64,000 nucleotides of DNA from assembly GCF_022045235.1 (NCBI RefSeq), contig NW_027266286.1, positions 16,182,001 to 16,246,000 of the forward strand, written 5' to 3'. Numbering within the stretch: the first letter of the stretch is position 1; each line of letters begins with the position of its first letter. The notes below the pieces were generated by a model. It was not told the origin of the DNA, did no database searches, and saw only the letters and a list, made by a program, of their open reading frames with translations. Of the stretch, positions 37,300-49,759 are shown piece after piece. Position numbers and translations under genes: made by a program. This DNA comes from Haliotis cracherodii (Eukaryota).

Positions 37300-39010
37300 T
37301 TTTCGCGTGTTTCTACCTCCCTTGTTTTTACGCGAACGGCTGTGTTGACGATGACCTTCGCCCTCTTTTCAAAAGTGTGTGGACTGCCATGAGAAGAAAT
37401 TGGCTTTCCACAGCCTTTGCCCTGACTTCAAGGTCAAGGTCCACTGCTGCTTGGACAAGCGATGCTCTGCTTGCGCCCACTTATCCTCCGACCTTTTCAA
37501 CGTTTACCTAGCTAAACTCCGCAAAAGGGCTAACCAATAACTACAGCGCCAGACTTCAAGCCCCTCTCATAAATCTGCGACTGTCACCACCACCGCCTCA
37601 ACAACGGATTGGGCTTGTCATTGGGTGGATCGTCCTTGTCCCCAGTTACACGGTCACACTTGCACACACGTGTGCACTCACGTTTCGCTCCTTCAGCCAT
37701 TCCAGGTGCCCACGCACGCACGCGCGCACGCGCGCTCACACACACACACCTATCTGTTTGCTCCGGAACTTGTCTGACGGATACTATGATGGCGTCTGCC
37801 ACAACTACGTGCGCCTCTTCAGCAGCGACATCTCCTCACATAATGTCATCTGCCACTGATGGTTATTGGCAAGCCCTGCCCCACATCCCATCGTGACAGT
37901 CCTCCAGGAGCCATCAGATGTATTCCATGCACCTAGCGATACATGCCATCCTTTCTGCCCCCAACCCCGGCGCCTCCTCACATAGCGCGGGCGCCACCTC
38001 AGGCATTTCTCCATGCACCTCAACAAACTTCCATTGTCGTTCCCCTCCATTACAGGGTTATCAGCCTTGGATGTTGGGTTATCCCCCTGTACACCAGCCA
38101 TTCCAGGTGCCCTCAACCTGGCCTCTTCGTTTTACTCACAGCAAGTGCACGCTCTTCCGCCACCATTGCCTCAGGCGCTGCTTTTGCCATCTTAGGTGCC
38201 ACCATTGCCTCCTTAGTTGGCGCCTGTTCCCTCTTCTCGGGTGCAGCTATCGCAGACTCTGCCTTTGTTATCCTCACCTCGGGTCGGCTCGCCACTGGTG
38301 ACCTCTCCTCAGATTTAGTGCTGGGACGATACACCAACTGTGCGATCTGATACGTATCATGATATGTTGCTCACGACCCGATACGTATCACGATACTTGC
38401 ATGTGCACTTTTCTGTGGTGCGTGAGCCATGTTTTTCATAGACATGATGGCCAAATACCTGGCACACTAACGATTTCCAGTGGCAGTGTCAAGTATGGCG
38501 CAATGGATGAAATTATTTACGCATTCACTACTCATTTTCACTAGTAATTAGTGTTTGGTGTACCATTTATTGAAAAATACATTTAAGATAAGAATGGATA
38601 CTTTTTAATTTTTTGTGTGTGATTGTGATCAATACTTGCATCGAGAAGTTAGAAATCGGGATTTACATTGGTGTATCGTCCCACTACTAGTGAGGTGTCA
38701 TTTCGGTACCACAGTAGCCCATCACGCCTGATCAGGCATCTCAGGTTGATTATGCCTCTGGCTCTCTTGCTCAGTGTTCAAAATCCCATTCATTCATGAC
38801 AGGGTTTCCAAGTCTGTATGTTCTTCATTGAGAGTCTCCTCTTGTGTTTTGGCGCCTAGTGTTGCTACCTCTAAGGCTGAGGAGAAACCACTCTACTCCC
38901 CTAGAATTGGATCCTGTGGATCTTGGATGTCCTTAAACTCGCAAAGCTTATCCCACTGCCTTCTGTGAAATCTTCCTTCGATCCGAACCTTACACGGTCC
39001 CCGTTCATCA
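37300..39010 (+). mobile_element. Decayed DIRS-like retrotransposon gag region, interrupted by a MITE
   Basis: One frame reads KCVDCHEKKLAFHSLCPDFKVKVHCCLDKRCSACAHL, resembling the Cys-rich N-terminus of animal DIRS1 gag, followed by GC-rich Pro/Ser/Ala low-complexity sequence with stops. Confidence 0.5.
38316..38689. mobile_element. hAT-like MITE
   Basis: TIRs TAGTGCTGGGACGATACACC / GGTGTATCGTCCCACTACTA; internal CGATAC repeats; no matching TSD seen. Confidence 0.65.
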
Positions 39011-39249
39011 GGGCTGTTATAAGGAAATTATAACTTGATGAGGAATACCAGTGGAATACACACACTTTATTCAGTACTTGTAGGCCATGGGCCTTTTTGT
39101 ACAAACTACAATATAGGTGTAAAACAGGACAAAATACGACATAATTCTTTGATTTTGATTAACAGAAGCAGTTTTCACATAATTGCATATTATCAAAGTT
39201 GGAGTATTTGTGTTCTTAAAGAATTGGCATAAAACAAGTACATTGCTTT

Positions 39250-40005
39250 ATTCATATTGAGAATAGGATCTTGCGATGACAGTAGTGTATAAACTTTAGA
39301 ATATTTGGAAAGATGTAAAATTTAGACTTTATGTAGCTTTGCCTGAGATATCTATAAACTGGACAAATTAACAAAAAGTGATATTCATTTTCAATCTGAT
39401 ATAAGTTATAAACTTTACATATTCTAAATTCACGAGGAATTTTAAAATGTTGCCCACATTCAATTGTGGTCCTTAATTAATTTGCAGTAATACTACTCAA
39501 ATAGTTCTCACATGAAATGGATGTTTTAAACTGTGCATAATAAGCCATTTTGTTAAATTCAGATAAATTACTATGCCAGACTGAAAATCGCTGACATAAC
39601 ATATTTAAAAGTATGGTTTTATTACCACATGTTTGAAAGTGCAAGACATAAAAAAATCTGAATCTAAAATTAACATTTTTAAGTTTTGTTACCCAATTTA
39701 TGTTGCCTTGTTCATGGTACAACTGCAACATATTATAACATTTTTTGGGTAAAAGAGAGTCTGAGATTCCTGCATATTGATATGAGACAATATTTGACAC
39801 ATTTCAAAACATCAAGCAGCTGTATAGAATATCGACCACAGTCGCCTAACACCCCATTATTTGAAGTTGATAACTTTACATTTAAAAGACGCCTACGTGG
39901 TTCTATGTCACTGAGCCCAAACTGTCTGCCCTGGATAAAAGCATTGATGTAACTGTTGTCTCTGCATCAAATTATTTGAAGTAAAAGTGAGGCGAGTATG
40001 GTTTC
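39250..40005 (-). mobile_element. Decayed LINE ORF2 3' region
   Basis: Fragments LLPKKCYNML...NWVTKLKN...YYAQFKTSISCENYL and ENEYHFLLICPVY are typical of the LINE ORF2 C-terminus. Confidence 0.7.
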
Positions 40006-40008
40006 CAC

Positions 40009-40549
40009 ATCTTCCCGAGGCAAGGGAGTTAACTGACTTTAAAAGTCCAGTTTCCACCCTTGCTAAACTATGATGGAATTCTTGGGCTCGATCGTAGAGT
40101 CACGAGTGGCTATTGCAAGTTGTGACCCTTCTATGCCTCTCCTATGGACCAATCAGATTCAACCTCTCGTATCACTTGCATTTGCTTCAAACAAAATGAT
40201 GGTGCCCAGTCAAGACGATCTGATCGATAATGAAGATCTATATTATGATAAAACGGGTCTTACATCGTGAAGAGCATCAAATCATGTGAGCACCTTGATT
40301 AAAAACATGAAAAGATTTGGAAAGTATCTGTTGACAAGTTGGCAGTACACATGCTTTGCAAATCCTGCAATCAACGAAAATCTGCATGACAGTTTACGAT
40401 CTGGATTTCGATTGTGTTGCGTGATTGTGGTTAGACTATGCATGGACTCGTTAGTCCCGCCAAAATGTAACTCCTTAATACCAGCCTTGATCGACAAGGG
40501 TGGAAACTGGACTTTAATTGTCAGTTAACTGACTTGCCTCGCGAAGATG
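40009..40549. mobile_element. MITE with ~55-bp TIRs starting CAT and a near-perfect 8-bp TSD (P- or hAT-type); partial copies at 52349-52579 and 60355-60825, lone TIR at ~5358-5418
   Basis: CATCTTCCCGAGGCAAG...TTTCCACCCTTG / CAAGGGTGGAAAC...CTTGCCTCGCGAAGATG; flanks GGTTTCCA and GGTTTCAA. Confidence 0.75.
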
Positions 40550-42121
40550 GGTTTCAAGGAATGTATACTGCTCAACAGGACCATGAACACCTTTCTTGCC
40601 TGAATTGCCATCTTATTAAATACTATTGCTAAAATACAAGACAAGATAACTGTATCCAGTAACTACGTACATTAATTATGCCTTTCTATTATATTGTGAC
40701 ATGCTATTTGTATTTTTTATTCATGTATAAAGACTGCCAATGTATATAGAGGTTATCACGCAAGCGTGATAACCTTTTTATCATATAATGTCATTCTTTA
40801 ATTCTGTGCTTCAAAATCGCTTTCCCTCTCTCACAAACATTATCGAAACATTGCGAGTTTTCCTGGAATGCGCGCATTAATATTTATTACGTCACAGGGT
40901 AAGTGATGTGTCAGTCGGACAGTGACAGTAGCCAATATAGTTCCAACTGAAATCTGTTTCTTATACAGTGGCGAAGCAACATATACGCAAAACAACAGTT
41001 GTTTTTAATTGCCTTTCGCGGCAATCCATCGGTCTGTCCGCTAGAGTAACTGCCCTTTGTCAAAGGGAAGCTACTCTAACCCTAGTCTATGGGACGTCAC
41101 GGCCACGGTCAGACATTGTTGACAGTCGGTCTGTCCTGTCATTACGTTAAGAAGTGTAGTCAGATGTACACACAGCGACAAAACGAAACAAGGTAATAAT
41201 TCAAACATAGTTCGGCCCAATCCAACTATTTTAATATGTGGAGAAGGTTATAAGCCGCCGAGTTCTACAAGCACAGATATGGCTACTGATCCCGCTTGGC
41301 TAGGCCTCGTGCCCTCGCAAAATTGTTTCAAAATGTATATCTCCAAAGTTGCCAAACCTTATAAAATGCCTTAGCTACGTCACAGTTAGACACTGATTCT
41401 CAGTATATTAGACTGTTCTTTTGATAATGATAGCAATTATCCCTGTAGTTTATCAAGATTCCCGATGGTTAATTCTGACTCGATCGCCGAATGACGAGGG
41501 CGACGCCATGTTTGTTTACAAACAGTGAAAGTAGTCCTACTTGACCTTTGATATTTGCATCTCTATCCGCATATGACCCCAACGGATATCGTTTTTATCC
41601 GTTGGCTTTATCCTGCCGAGAAACCTACCCATTATATGATAAATATATGTACTCATCGGGAGAGGTATTGATATAAGCATTGTTGCTTGTTTACCAATCC
41701 ACATTTCATTCTACAGTGAATGTGATGAAACAAAAATATGTGTAAACCATGAGCTGCATATATGAGTAAAATACACATTAGATAATCAGAACTACGCAGA
41801 CAAATGAAATCCCTAGGACATGAAATACTCAACAAAAACTTCAATTAACGCTATTGAAATTAAGCTAATACACATATTACAACTGGTAGATAAAACCATT
41901 GCATATCAGCCGATGGCGAAATTCATTTACCAACAGTTACATATTTGTAACACATATGTTTACTTCTTTTCATTTTGTTTTAAACAATTTACAGGGATTG
42001 TTACAAAACAGGTTTTCAAATTGAAGGTTTTTAATATATTACTCTAACTGATATATTCAAAATGAATGTGGTGTTTTACCAAGTTATGAAGTAACAAGAT
42101 AGATTAAGATTTAGTGCAATA

Positions 42122-42970
42122 CTACCATCTTTCATATTGTGCACTGATAAGAGACCCTACACTGTTGGCTCCAGGTCGGCACTGCGGAGCCAGTGCCAGC
42201 ATGGACATCAGTAGGTTGGCTTTCTCTATGTTAGTCACATGTGTAGTGACTGCGGAATTGATTTCTTCCTGGGGAGCATCTTTGAATAGCCTTTCAAGTC
42301 GGGTGACTGGAAACAGAAAAGTTTTACTGCCATCCTTGCGAGTTTGCAAGGAATGTATGGCATAGAAGACCATCCCAAGAGAGAAAATATCACATGCTTT
42401 GGTATAGTGACCAGAGTCAACCTCAGGAGCCATAAAAAGTGGGGTGCCAAAACCTGTATTCAAATAGTAGGTGGAGGACATTGTTGCCGTGTTACCAGAT
42501 GTAGAAAAGGTGAATCGAGCAAATCCAAAATCAGCTATCTTGCAGATGGGGACATTACCAGGTCGTGCTGCCAGCAGAATGTTGTCGGGTTTGATGTCTC
42601 TGTGGACGATGTTGTTTCTGTGGAGGTGGTGAATACCCTGAGCCATGTCAAGCATGAAACTGTTCACAGTTCCCTTGTTTGGTCTGTTAACTATCATGTA
42701 GTCATTCAGAGTCCCTAGGTCACAGTACTCCATTTGAATATTGATTTCATCATCTTGAGTCTTCCACGCATTGATCAACTCCACAATATTAGGGTGGTTA
42801 GGGCACGTTTTTAGTACCTTTATTTCCTTTTGAAGAGCTTCTTCATCTAGGTTGAGCCCTCTCTTCAGTTTCTTCACAGCATATGGTTTACCATCAATCA
42901 TCTCCAAGGACACAACACCAAATGTACCTTCTCCAAGTATTTGAGGCACTGGATTACATGCAGCCATCAT
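42122..42970 (-). CDS. PDIK1L/STK35-like Ser/Thr kinase K1 (~282 aa, uninterrupted CDS)
   Basis: GEGTFG, AVK, KE, MEYC, HRDIKPDN, DFG, GTPLFMAPEV, DIFSLG, RP all present; RPNKGTVNSFML and GHYTKACDIF resemble PDIK1L/STK35 from recall. Confidence 0.9.
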   Translation of the reverse strand: MMAACNPVPQILGEGTFGVVSLEMIDGKPYAVKKLKRGLNLDEEALQKEIKVLKTCPNHPNIVELINAWKTQDDEINIQMEYCDLGTLNDYMIVNRPNKGTVNSFMLDMAQGIHHLHRNNIVHRDIKPDNILLAARPGNVPICKIADFGFARFTFSTSGNTATMSSTYYLNTGFGTPLFMAPEVDSGHYTKACDIFSLGMVFYAIHSLQTRKDGSKTFLFPVTRLERLFKDAPQEEINSAVTTHVTNIEKANLLMSMLALAPQCRPGANSVGSLISAQYERW

Positions 42971-43141
42971 TTTGAGTTGCTCCTCGATGAACACGGATGT
43001 TGCTCTGACGTGTTGTGAGGTGGGTGTTCACCAGGTTGTATCTAATTTGGTACAGGGAGTGCAATGTAGAACGAAACCTGGTTGCTATTGTCTAGCTTTG
43101 AATAGCACAAGTTCACGGCCTAGTGGATGTAATTGAGAATA

Positions 43142-43200
43142 TTCAGAACTCATAGTGAAAGTAGCTATTGGCAAGGAAAATTTTTTCTAGGAAAATGACA
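43142..43200. promoter_or_regulatory. Conserved upstream block of K1 (IRF-like AGTGAAAGT + GAS-like TTCTAGGAA)
   Basis: Same block upstream of K2 at 56879-56935. Confidence 0.5.
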
Positions 43201-43368
43201 ATGAGCGATCTTTTTTTGAAAGTGTTGCCCTAGATGTTTGAATATCACACTTTTAAAAATGAAGTAGATTTTTTTTACGTTCCTATATCTATGTTGTAGC
43301 CGAGCGGCCTACATCATATGCATGCATTTCAGTATGTACAGCGGTTAGGCGATGCGGTGCATGAAATG

Positions 43369-43531
43369 AGGAGCGGTTTGGTAGCCTAGTGGTTAAAGCA
43401 TTTGCTTGTCACGCCGAAGACCCGGGTTCGATTCCCCACATGGGTACATTGTGTGAAGCCCATTTCTGGTGTCCCCCGCCGTGATATTGCTGGAATATTG
43501 CTAAAAGCGGCGTAAAACCATACTCACTCAA
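43369..43531 (+). mobile_element. SINE family C, near-consensus copy
   Basis: Intact tRNA head and tail. Confidence 0.9.
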
Positions 43532-43959
43532 TGTATATGAAATGTGAAGGTCTTATGCAACATAAAGTTGCCAGTAGCCTCAATGTTGTGAATACTGGTA
43601 TTTACAGCAACACATGTAAGTATTTATCAGATATATAACTGAGGGAAGTGAGAAATATTTTCAAGAAATTGTAAGAGAAACAGGCACTGTAAAATTATGT
43701 CATCAACTAGATATTTTGAACATACAATGTTCAAAATAATAGAAATGGAATCACTGAAATCTGTTTTGATATTCAAGGTTAAATTAGTGCATGTTGTATA
43801 AAAGGATTTTATGGATGAATGGTGGCTGTTTTTTGCCAGATACTACCATGATTATATTTTAATATGATAAATGAAAAATATATATCATTTTGGCCTTTTT
43901 TAGATTTTACAAAGTAGAAAATTATACATTTTTTCAGACACAGAGGACCCTACATATTA

Positions 43960-44290
43960 TTAGCTCACCGGGTCCGAAAGACCAAGGTGAGCTTATGCCA
44001 TACTGTGGTGTCCGCTGTCTGTCCGTCTGTCGTCCATTTTCTGTTGTCCATGTGTCAACAATTTATTCAAATGACTTCTTCTTCTGAACCACTAACAGGA
44101 AATTAACGAAATTTGACTGGAAGCATCCCTAGGTGGTGGGGATTCAAAATTGTACAAATGGTGGAACTGACCCCCCCAAGGGGCTGAGGGACGGGGCCAA
44201 ATAGGGGTAATTTGGCTATATTGCTGTAAGCAACTTCTCTGGAACTAAGAGATAGATATCAACCATATTTGGTTGGAAGCATTCTCCATG
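43960..44290 (+). mobile_element. Non-autonomous Helentron-associated (HINE/DINE-like) element fragment; similar architecture at 54415-54720 and 61538-61840
   Basis: TTAGCTCACC...GGTGAGCTT 5' hairpin followed by a (CTGT/CCGT)n microsatellite. Confidence 0.55.
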
Positions 44291-46239
44291 TGTTCAATTG
44301 AGAGTATAAGGAGAGGAATGCACATATGCTACAAGGACTAGCCCTTCTGTTCACCTGTCTGGCACTCCCAAAGAAGTTAGAACCTTGACCGTAACATGCA
44401 AACAGATATCCCCACCCTATAACAAAACAGATACATTGTATACATTTGTTTGTTATGAAGAGAATAATACCTTTATATGATTTATCCTAGATCATAACAT
44501 GGAAACCGTTCAGATCTTTATGTTACATTTGTATCTAAAGAAATACATGTTCATGGTGTCAGATTTGCCATCCACCCATTTTAAATGCGAGTCAAATTAC
44601 GAAATATTTGCAGTACCGTATTTGACATAATAAGCGCCCAGGGCGCTCTCAAAATTAGAAGTAGGGGGCTCTTATTAGAATATTATTTTGGTGAAAAAAG
44701 TTGAAAGATATATTTCGTGGTTTATGCTGACAACCTCAAGTGTTTATGAACGAAAGATATATTTTTCCAGAATTTAATTGCCCATAATTAAGGGTGCATA
44801 TAACACACCATTGATCAATGGAAAGGGTGCTAATTGGGATTATTCACTAGCCAATATATTAGCAAATATTGCCTTGGGCACTTATTAGAGTACTTATACC
44901 TCCTACAATTTTTATAAATTAAAACAATATATTCATTCTACCTTTCAATCTCTATAATGTTGATTGTATTAAAATTGCTGTGTCTACATCCAGTTTGCAT
45001 TGACAATAATCAGATGATTGTAACACAGATGAAGCTCATTCTTATTTTCATTAGGCCTTGCTTTTTATGTTTCCTTTTTCTAAACTGATGTTTCAAAATC
45101 CCACATAAACAAATAATAAATGTTATTCTATTTTCTCTTCACACCAACAGATATCTGCATTGCACAATGGCTGTTATTATTTTATTTAATATCTTGGCAT
45201 ACTTGTGCATGTGTACTAGTATTTGATTACACATGCATGACTTTTTAGCAGTCATTATCTGTTACTGAAGTGAATGTTATGTCAATAAAGACATCAATAT
45301 AAACATTTAAAAAAAGGATTCTGGTATTCTTTCATGTTTGGTGAATCAATGATTTCTTTGTGAAAACATTTTTCATTTCTTACATGAGATCAAAATAGAT
45401 CCAAATTAAAATAAGGAGATTAAATAATGAAGTCTAATTCATTTCAGTCAGTCTGAAAATTTAAGAAAAATAAACATTGCCTGAGTGAATCAGTCAATAT
45501 GCATATTGACTGAATTTTTCTGATTATAGACACTGACTGTAACATATGTAAGTATAATCTGTTATATGCAAAAACAAATACAGTCGTGACTCGTTTATAC
45601 GGACACTTGCGTCATTTCACAATTCGTCCGTATAAACAAATTTCCGTATAACTGAAACCAGCTTCTTACTGGAAGAGTTACTTCCCTTCAATTATGCAAC
45701 TCATGACAGATGACAGAGCAAACAGATACGTCCACTCAATCTTTATTCAAGACATACACATTTCAAAAAATCTCTCATGGAAGTTTGAACTTTACCACAT
45801 TTTGAGGTTTGAATTATAAACAATAATTCCAAATTGTCTAGATCGCCTGTGGGTGAAAATCTCAACACCGTAACAATTTCCCACTTGACCTGTACATCAG
45901 TAGTTTGTTTGCAGAAATGTGTTTTAAGATATTTGATTTCCTTTTCAAGACTATTTATAGGTAGCTTACCTTTCTTCAAATGTAAAATGCTAAAAAAATG
46001 TACTTTCAAGTTATTATTTGTTTGTTTAAAAGCAAATATTTTTCTGGATTTACTTTAAACATGGTTGTCAGCTGGACCAGAATAAAAAATATTACCTAAA
46101 CTATATCTAAATATAATAAAAATGTAACAAAGTTTGTTTTTCAGACTCTCAAATGAACCATTAATTACATGAATCCTATCATTATTATCTAAAACCTAAT
46201 TGGAAAAAAAATAAATGAGGAAAAAAAGATGTCACTCAA

Positions 46240-47715
46240 AAGGCACTCAACTCCGTTACAACGTACCAATACTAAAGAAATAAGTGCGCTATGGGAGATA
46301 ACTCTCATACGCTTCCTCATTTGGCAACATGTGTATGAAGTTCATCTGCTGGTGATAGATCGATGCCACATTTATGTACAATGTTCAAGCCAATAACATC
46401 AAGATATGTCTGTTAAGTACAGTATGTTTTCTAAGCCTCAACTCTGTTACACTGTCTATAGATCTACATCTCATTCTAATTTACTTCACTTTTCCAAGAT
46501 ATATTGGTTTGTAAGACCATGTTAACAATGAGTATTTTAATTTCCTTAAAAAGCAATTCATGGTGGGATATGAGCCATATGTATATATGAATATATAGTA
46601 AGGTTTCTCAACTCCGTTACACTCAACTCTGTAATGCTGTACAGCGTAATGGAGTGGAAATCTGTTGTTTTTCTGCACAATTTCGAAAGTTATTCCCAGT
46701 ACATAGCTTTGTTTTTCTTCAAGAATTCTTATTTTAACCCTATACCTGACAAATAATTTTCCCACAGTCAGTTATAAGAATTTTTTTTAAAAATTGTCAC
46801 TCAGACTACTCTGATGTTTCTGATGAACAAGATGTTATGACCTGCGCTAAATGTGGATTTGCTACTATTGATAGTGGTCTTTCAGACAGTATACTAATTA
46901 TTGAAGACAGAACTGTAGTTTGTCACATTGATGGGAGTGACTGGCTATGGTGCTTTGGCTGCAGAAAGCAATTTCATTATGTGTGTATAAAGAACATATT
47001 TGTGGCCAGTGTTGATGTTATGATTGATATGGACTTTGATAATTACAATTGTCAGTTTTGTAACTGTGATAGTGATCTAAAATGGCATTACAAGCAGCAT
47101 TGTGCTTATTTATTTCAACTACTATACAAAGGGTTGAACATTAGTAATTTCGTAAAACCACTTTTGTATGCCATTACTGCAGTAAGTGGCTAATAAACCA
47201 TGAGTACCAAAGTCCTAACAAGTAACACAATACAGTGCCTGTATTTTCATATTTCATCTCAAAAGGGATGAAAAGGTTGTTATTTCATGCTGCAGAGCAA
47301 TAACAAAATATATGAGTTACAACTCTGTTACAACAAACTCAACTCTGTTACTTCAGGATTTTTTTATAGATGATTTCTTTTGACAATTGACAAAAACATT
47401 TGTTGTTTTTATTAGTTTTAACATCAGATTATGATTAATGGTAATATATGTTGTGTCAAAAGATGAAAAATACTCTATTTTGGATAGTGTCTTTCATGTA
47501 AATGACTTTGTTGTCTAGGCAGACTTTTGAAATATTGAGGAAGCACTTACAAATGTCCAATCATACATTTTATTTAGCCAGTTTCCATTTGTATTAACAC
47601 TGAATTGTATTCGCACTTAATGTTAATTGTTGAATATGATTTTATATTTCAAAGCAACCTAGCGCTATTATAATTACTTTCCATTTTGTGACCCGTAACA
47701 GAGTTGAATGTCCTT
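46240..47715 (+). mobile_element. Non-autonomous TIR DNA element carrying a PHD-finger ORF (46837-47193)
   Basis: Imperfect TIRs AAGGCACTCAACTCCGTTAC / GTAACAGAGTTGAATGTCCTT; internal CAACTCYGTTAC repeats; ORF has CAKC...WLWCFGCRKQFHYVC...CQFC (C4HC3). Confidence 0.65.
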
Positions 47716-48490
47716 GCGGATTAGGCTAATTCATTAATTATTTTCTAATTAATTAAACACATCAATGCACTGCATTGATCTAGAAAGTACTTCACAAGTA
47801 TCATATCTCTTATATCAAGTGAAAAATTATATTAGGGACCCTTATTTTTTGGCAAGTTGATAATCAGAAAATTTGTCAGTTTTGAGATTTTTACCCCTGT
47901 GTTCTCGTAATATGTAATAAAGGTCTTTATTACTTGCCCGTGAAGAGATGACCCGTTTAATAAACATACAGCTTTATTACACATTGTGTAATACCAAAAC
48001 GTGTGCTTATGTACTCTCGGAACACGTTTCACGAAGAAATATTGAAAGCTCTCAACATCCCTTGGCTTATTCAACGGCATTGTGTGTGGAGATGATAGAT
48101 CACTGGGAGGAGCTTATGCACACTCGATGACCCCAGCAACCTTGTTGCTAGGCTGACGTCACATGGCATTGTTTCGCCGATGGATCTTGCAACAAAATTC
48201 AACAAATTACGTCATCGGCGATCATACTCTAGCGCAACGACAGTCGTTACCCTTAGAAGTTAAATTGTGTGAGTTGTGACAGCCTTAGCACTACGATAAT
48301 TTTGTGGGACGAACGCCTGAATTCTAAAGGTGGACCATTGTATGATATTAAATTCATACGTTTCAACTTTTGACGTGTTTGAAGTATTAGTCTGTTAAAC
48401 TCAATTGGATTATGCCATGGATCGTGTAGGTGTCAGCCTATTTACACTCAACAGTATAATCATAAAAACATTATAAATGACAAGTAATAA

Positions 48491-48640
48491 ATAAAATACT
48501 AAACTCGCTCTCGTGTAAAACCAATTTTATGAAACTCGTGAATAGTTGTGGTATCTGACTCGCTTTCGCTCGTCAGATACCACAACTATTCACTCGTTTC
48601 ATAAAATTGGTATTACACGGGAGCTCGTTTAGTATTCTAT
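48491..48640. repeat. 150-bp near-perfect hairpin element
   Basis: Arms 48491-48559 and 48571-48640 are reverse complements apart from a few defined mismatches. Confidence 0.9.
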
Positions 48641-49759
48641 ATCTATACAAGCACAAGCTTCCTCGCCCTATTTATCGAATGGGAATACATGTACAATAAA
48701 CAAGCTCTGTGTCACCTAATTGACTTCTTCATGTATCATACACATCTTGAGGGGTAGTTAGTATGATTTGTTGTTTGCTTTGACAAATCTCTGTCATTTA
48801 CTACTATTTTAAGAGCATGAGTATCAGAATTCTGTAATAAATGATTAATTAACACCTGTGCACTTAATGGTGGGACACATGTTATAAGGGCCAGAATAAT
48901 TTGGGTAAATCTCTTATTTCAAAGTATGATGACTAATATGTATATTGCAACTGAGTAACTGATTGCTTGATAGATGCATGGTAAAATTTCATTTGGCATA
49001 TTTCTAAAAAATAATGTCAGAATATAAATTTAAATATTCAGATGCAACATTAATTTTGATATAAAAAGTAAGATTCAAAATCAGTTCTTTTATCATTTTG
49101 AACGTTATTTCTTCTTAGCTATTTGTAAAGGCTTTGATGTATACTAACTGTATAGATCAGTGGTAAAGGCCTGTCAAAGATGTCTGTGTGCTTCAAATAT
49201 AGGCGTATCTCCAATTTTATTACATTGAAGTCCATGGTAGTATTTGTTGAGATTTGAATGCTTTGAATTGTGGTGGGAAATAACACAAAGGCTGATAAAT
49301 AAAATGAGCCTGCATTATTTCATCGATGCAATATGTTAGCCCAGACTGACAGAATGCCTCGCTGTTTTCTAACATAGAAAATACTGTGGCAATATATCTT
49401 TTTTCCCGCTATATTCCTTCATGACAATTTGTCTTTTAGATGAAGACTCAACAAATGTTGATATTATAAACTAATAATCACGACAAAGTATGTGCTAGTT
49501 CAAAATATTCACTTGTAAACGACCGTTTTTGAATGAAGGTGCAACAGGGTAACGCTTTCGCTTGGCTCCGTCTCTACATGTCAGTAGTTGTCGCAGTGCA
49601 CATTGATCCGAGGACCTGACCGGAAGCGACAGGTTAGACAGTCGCTTATATCATTTCAAAAGGAGAGTTATTGCCCTTTGGAACAAAAAGATCGCCCATT
49701 TGATAGCTATGAGTGGTTTGGCAAAATGTAATTTTTTCAGCTCATAAAATGGGCATCAA

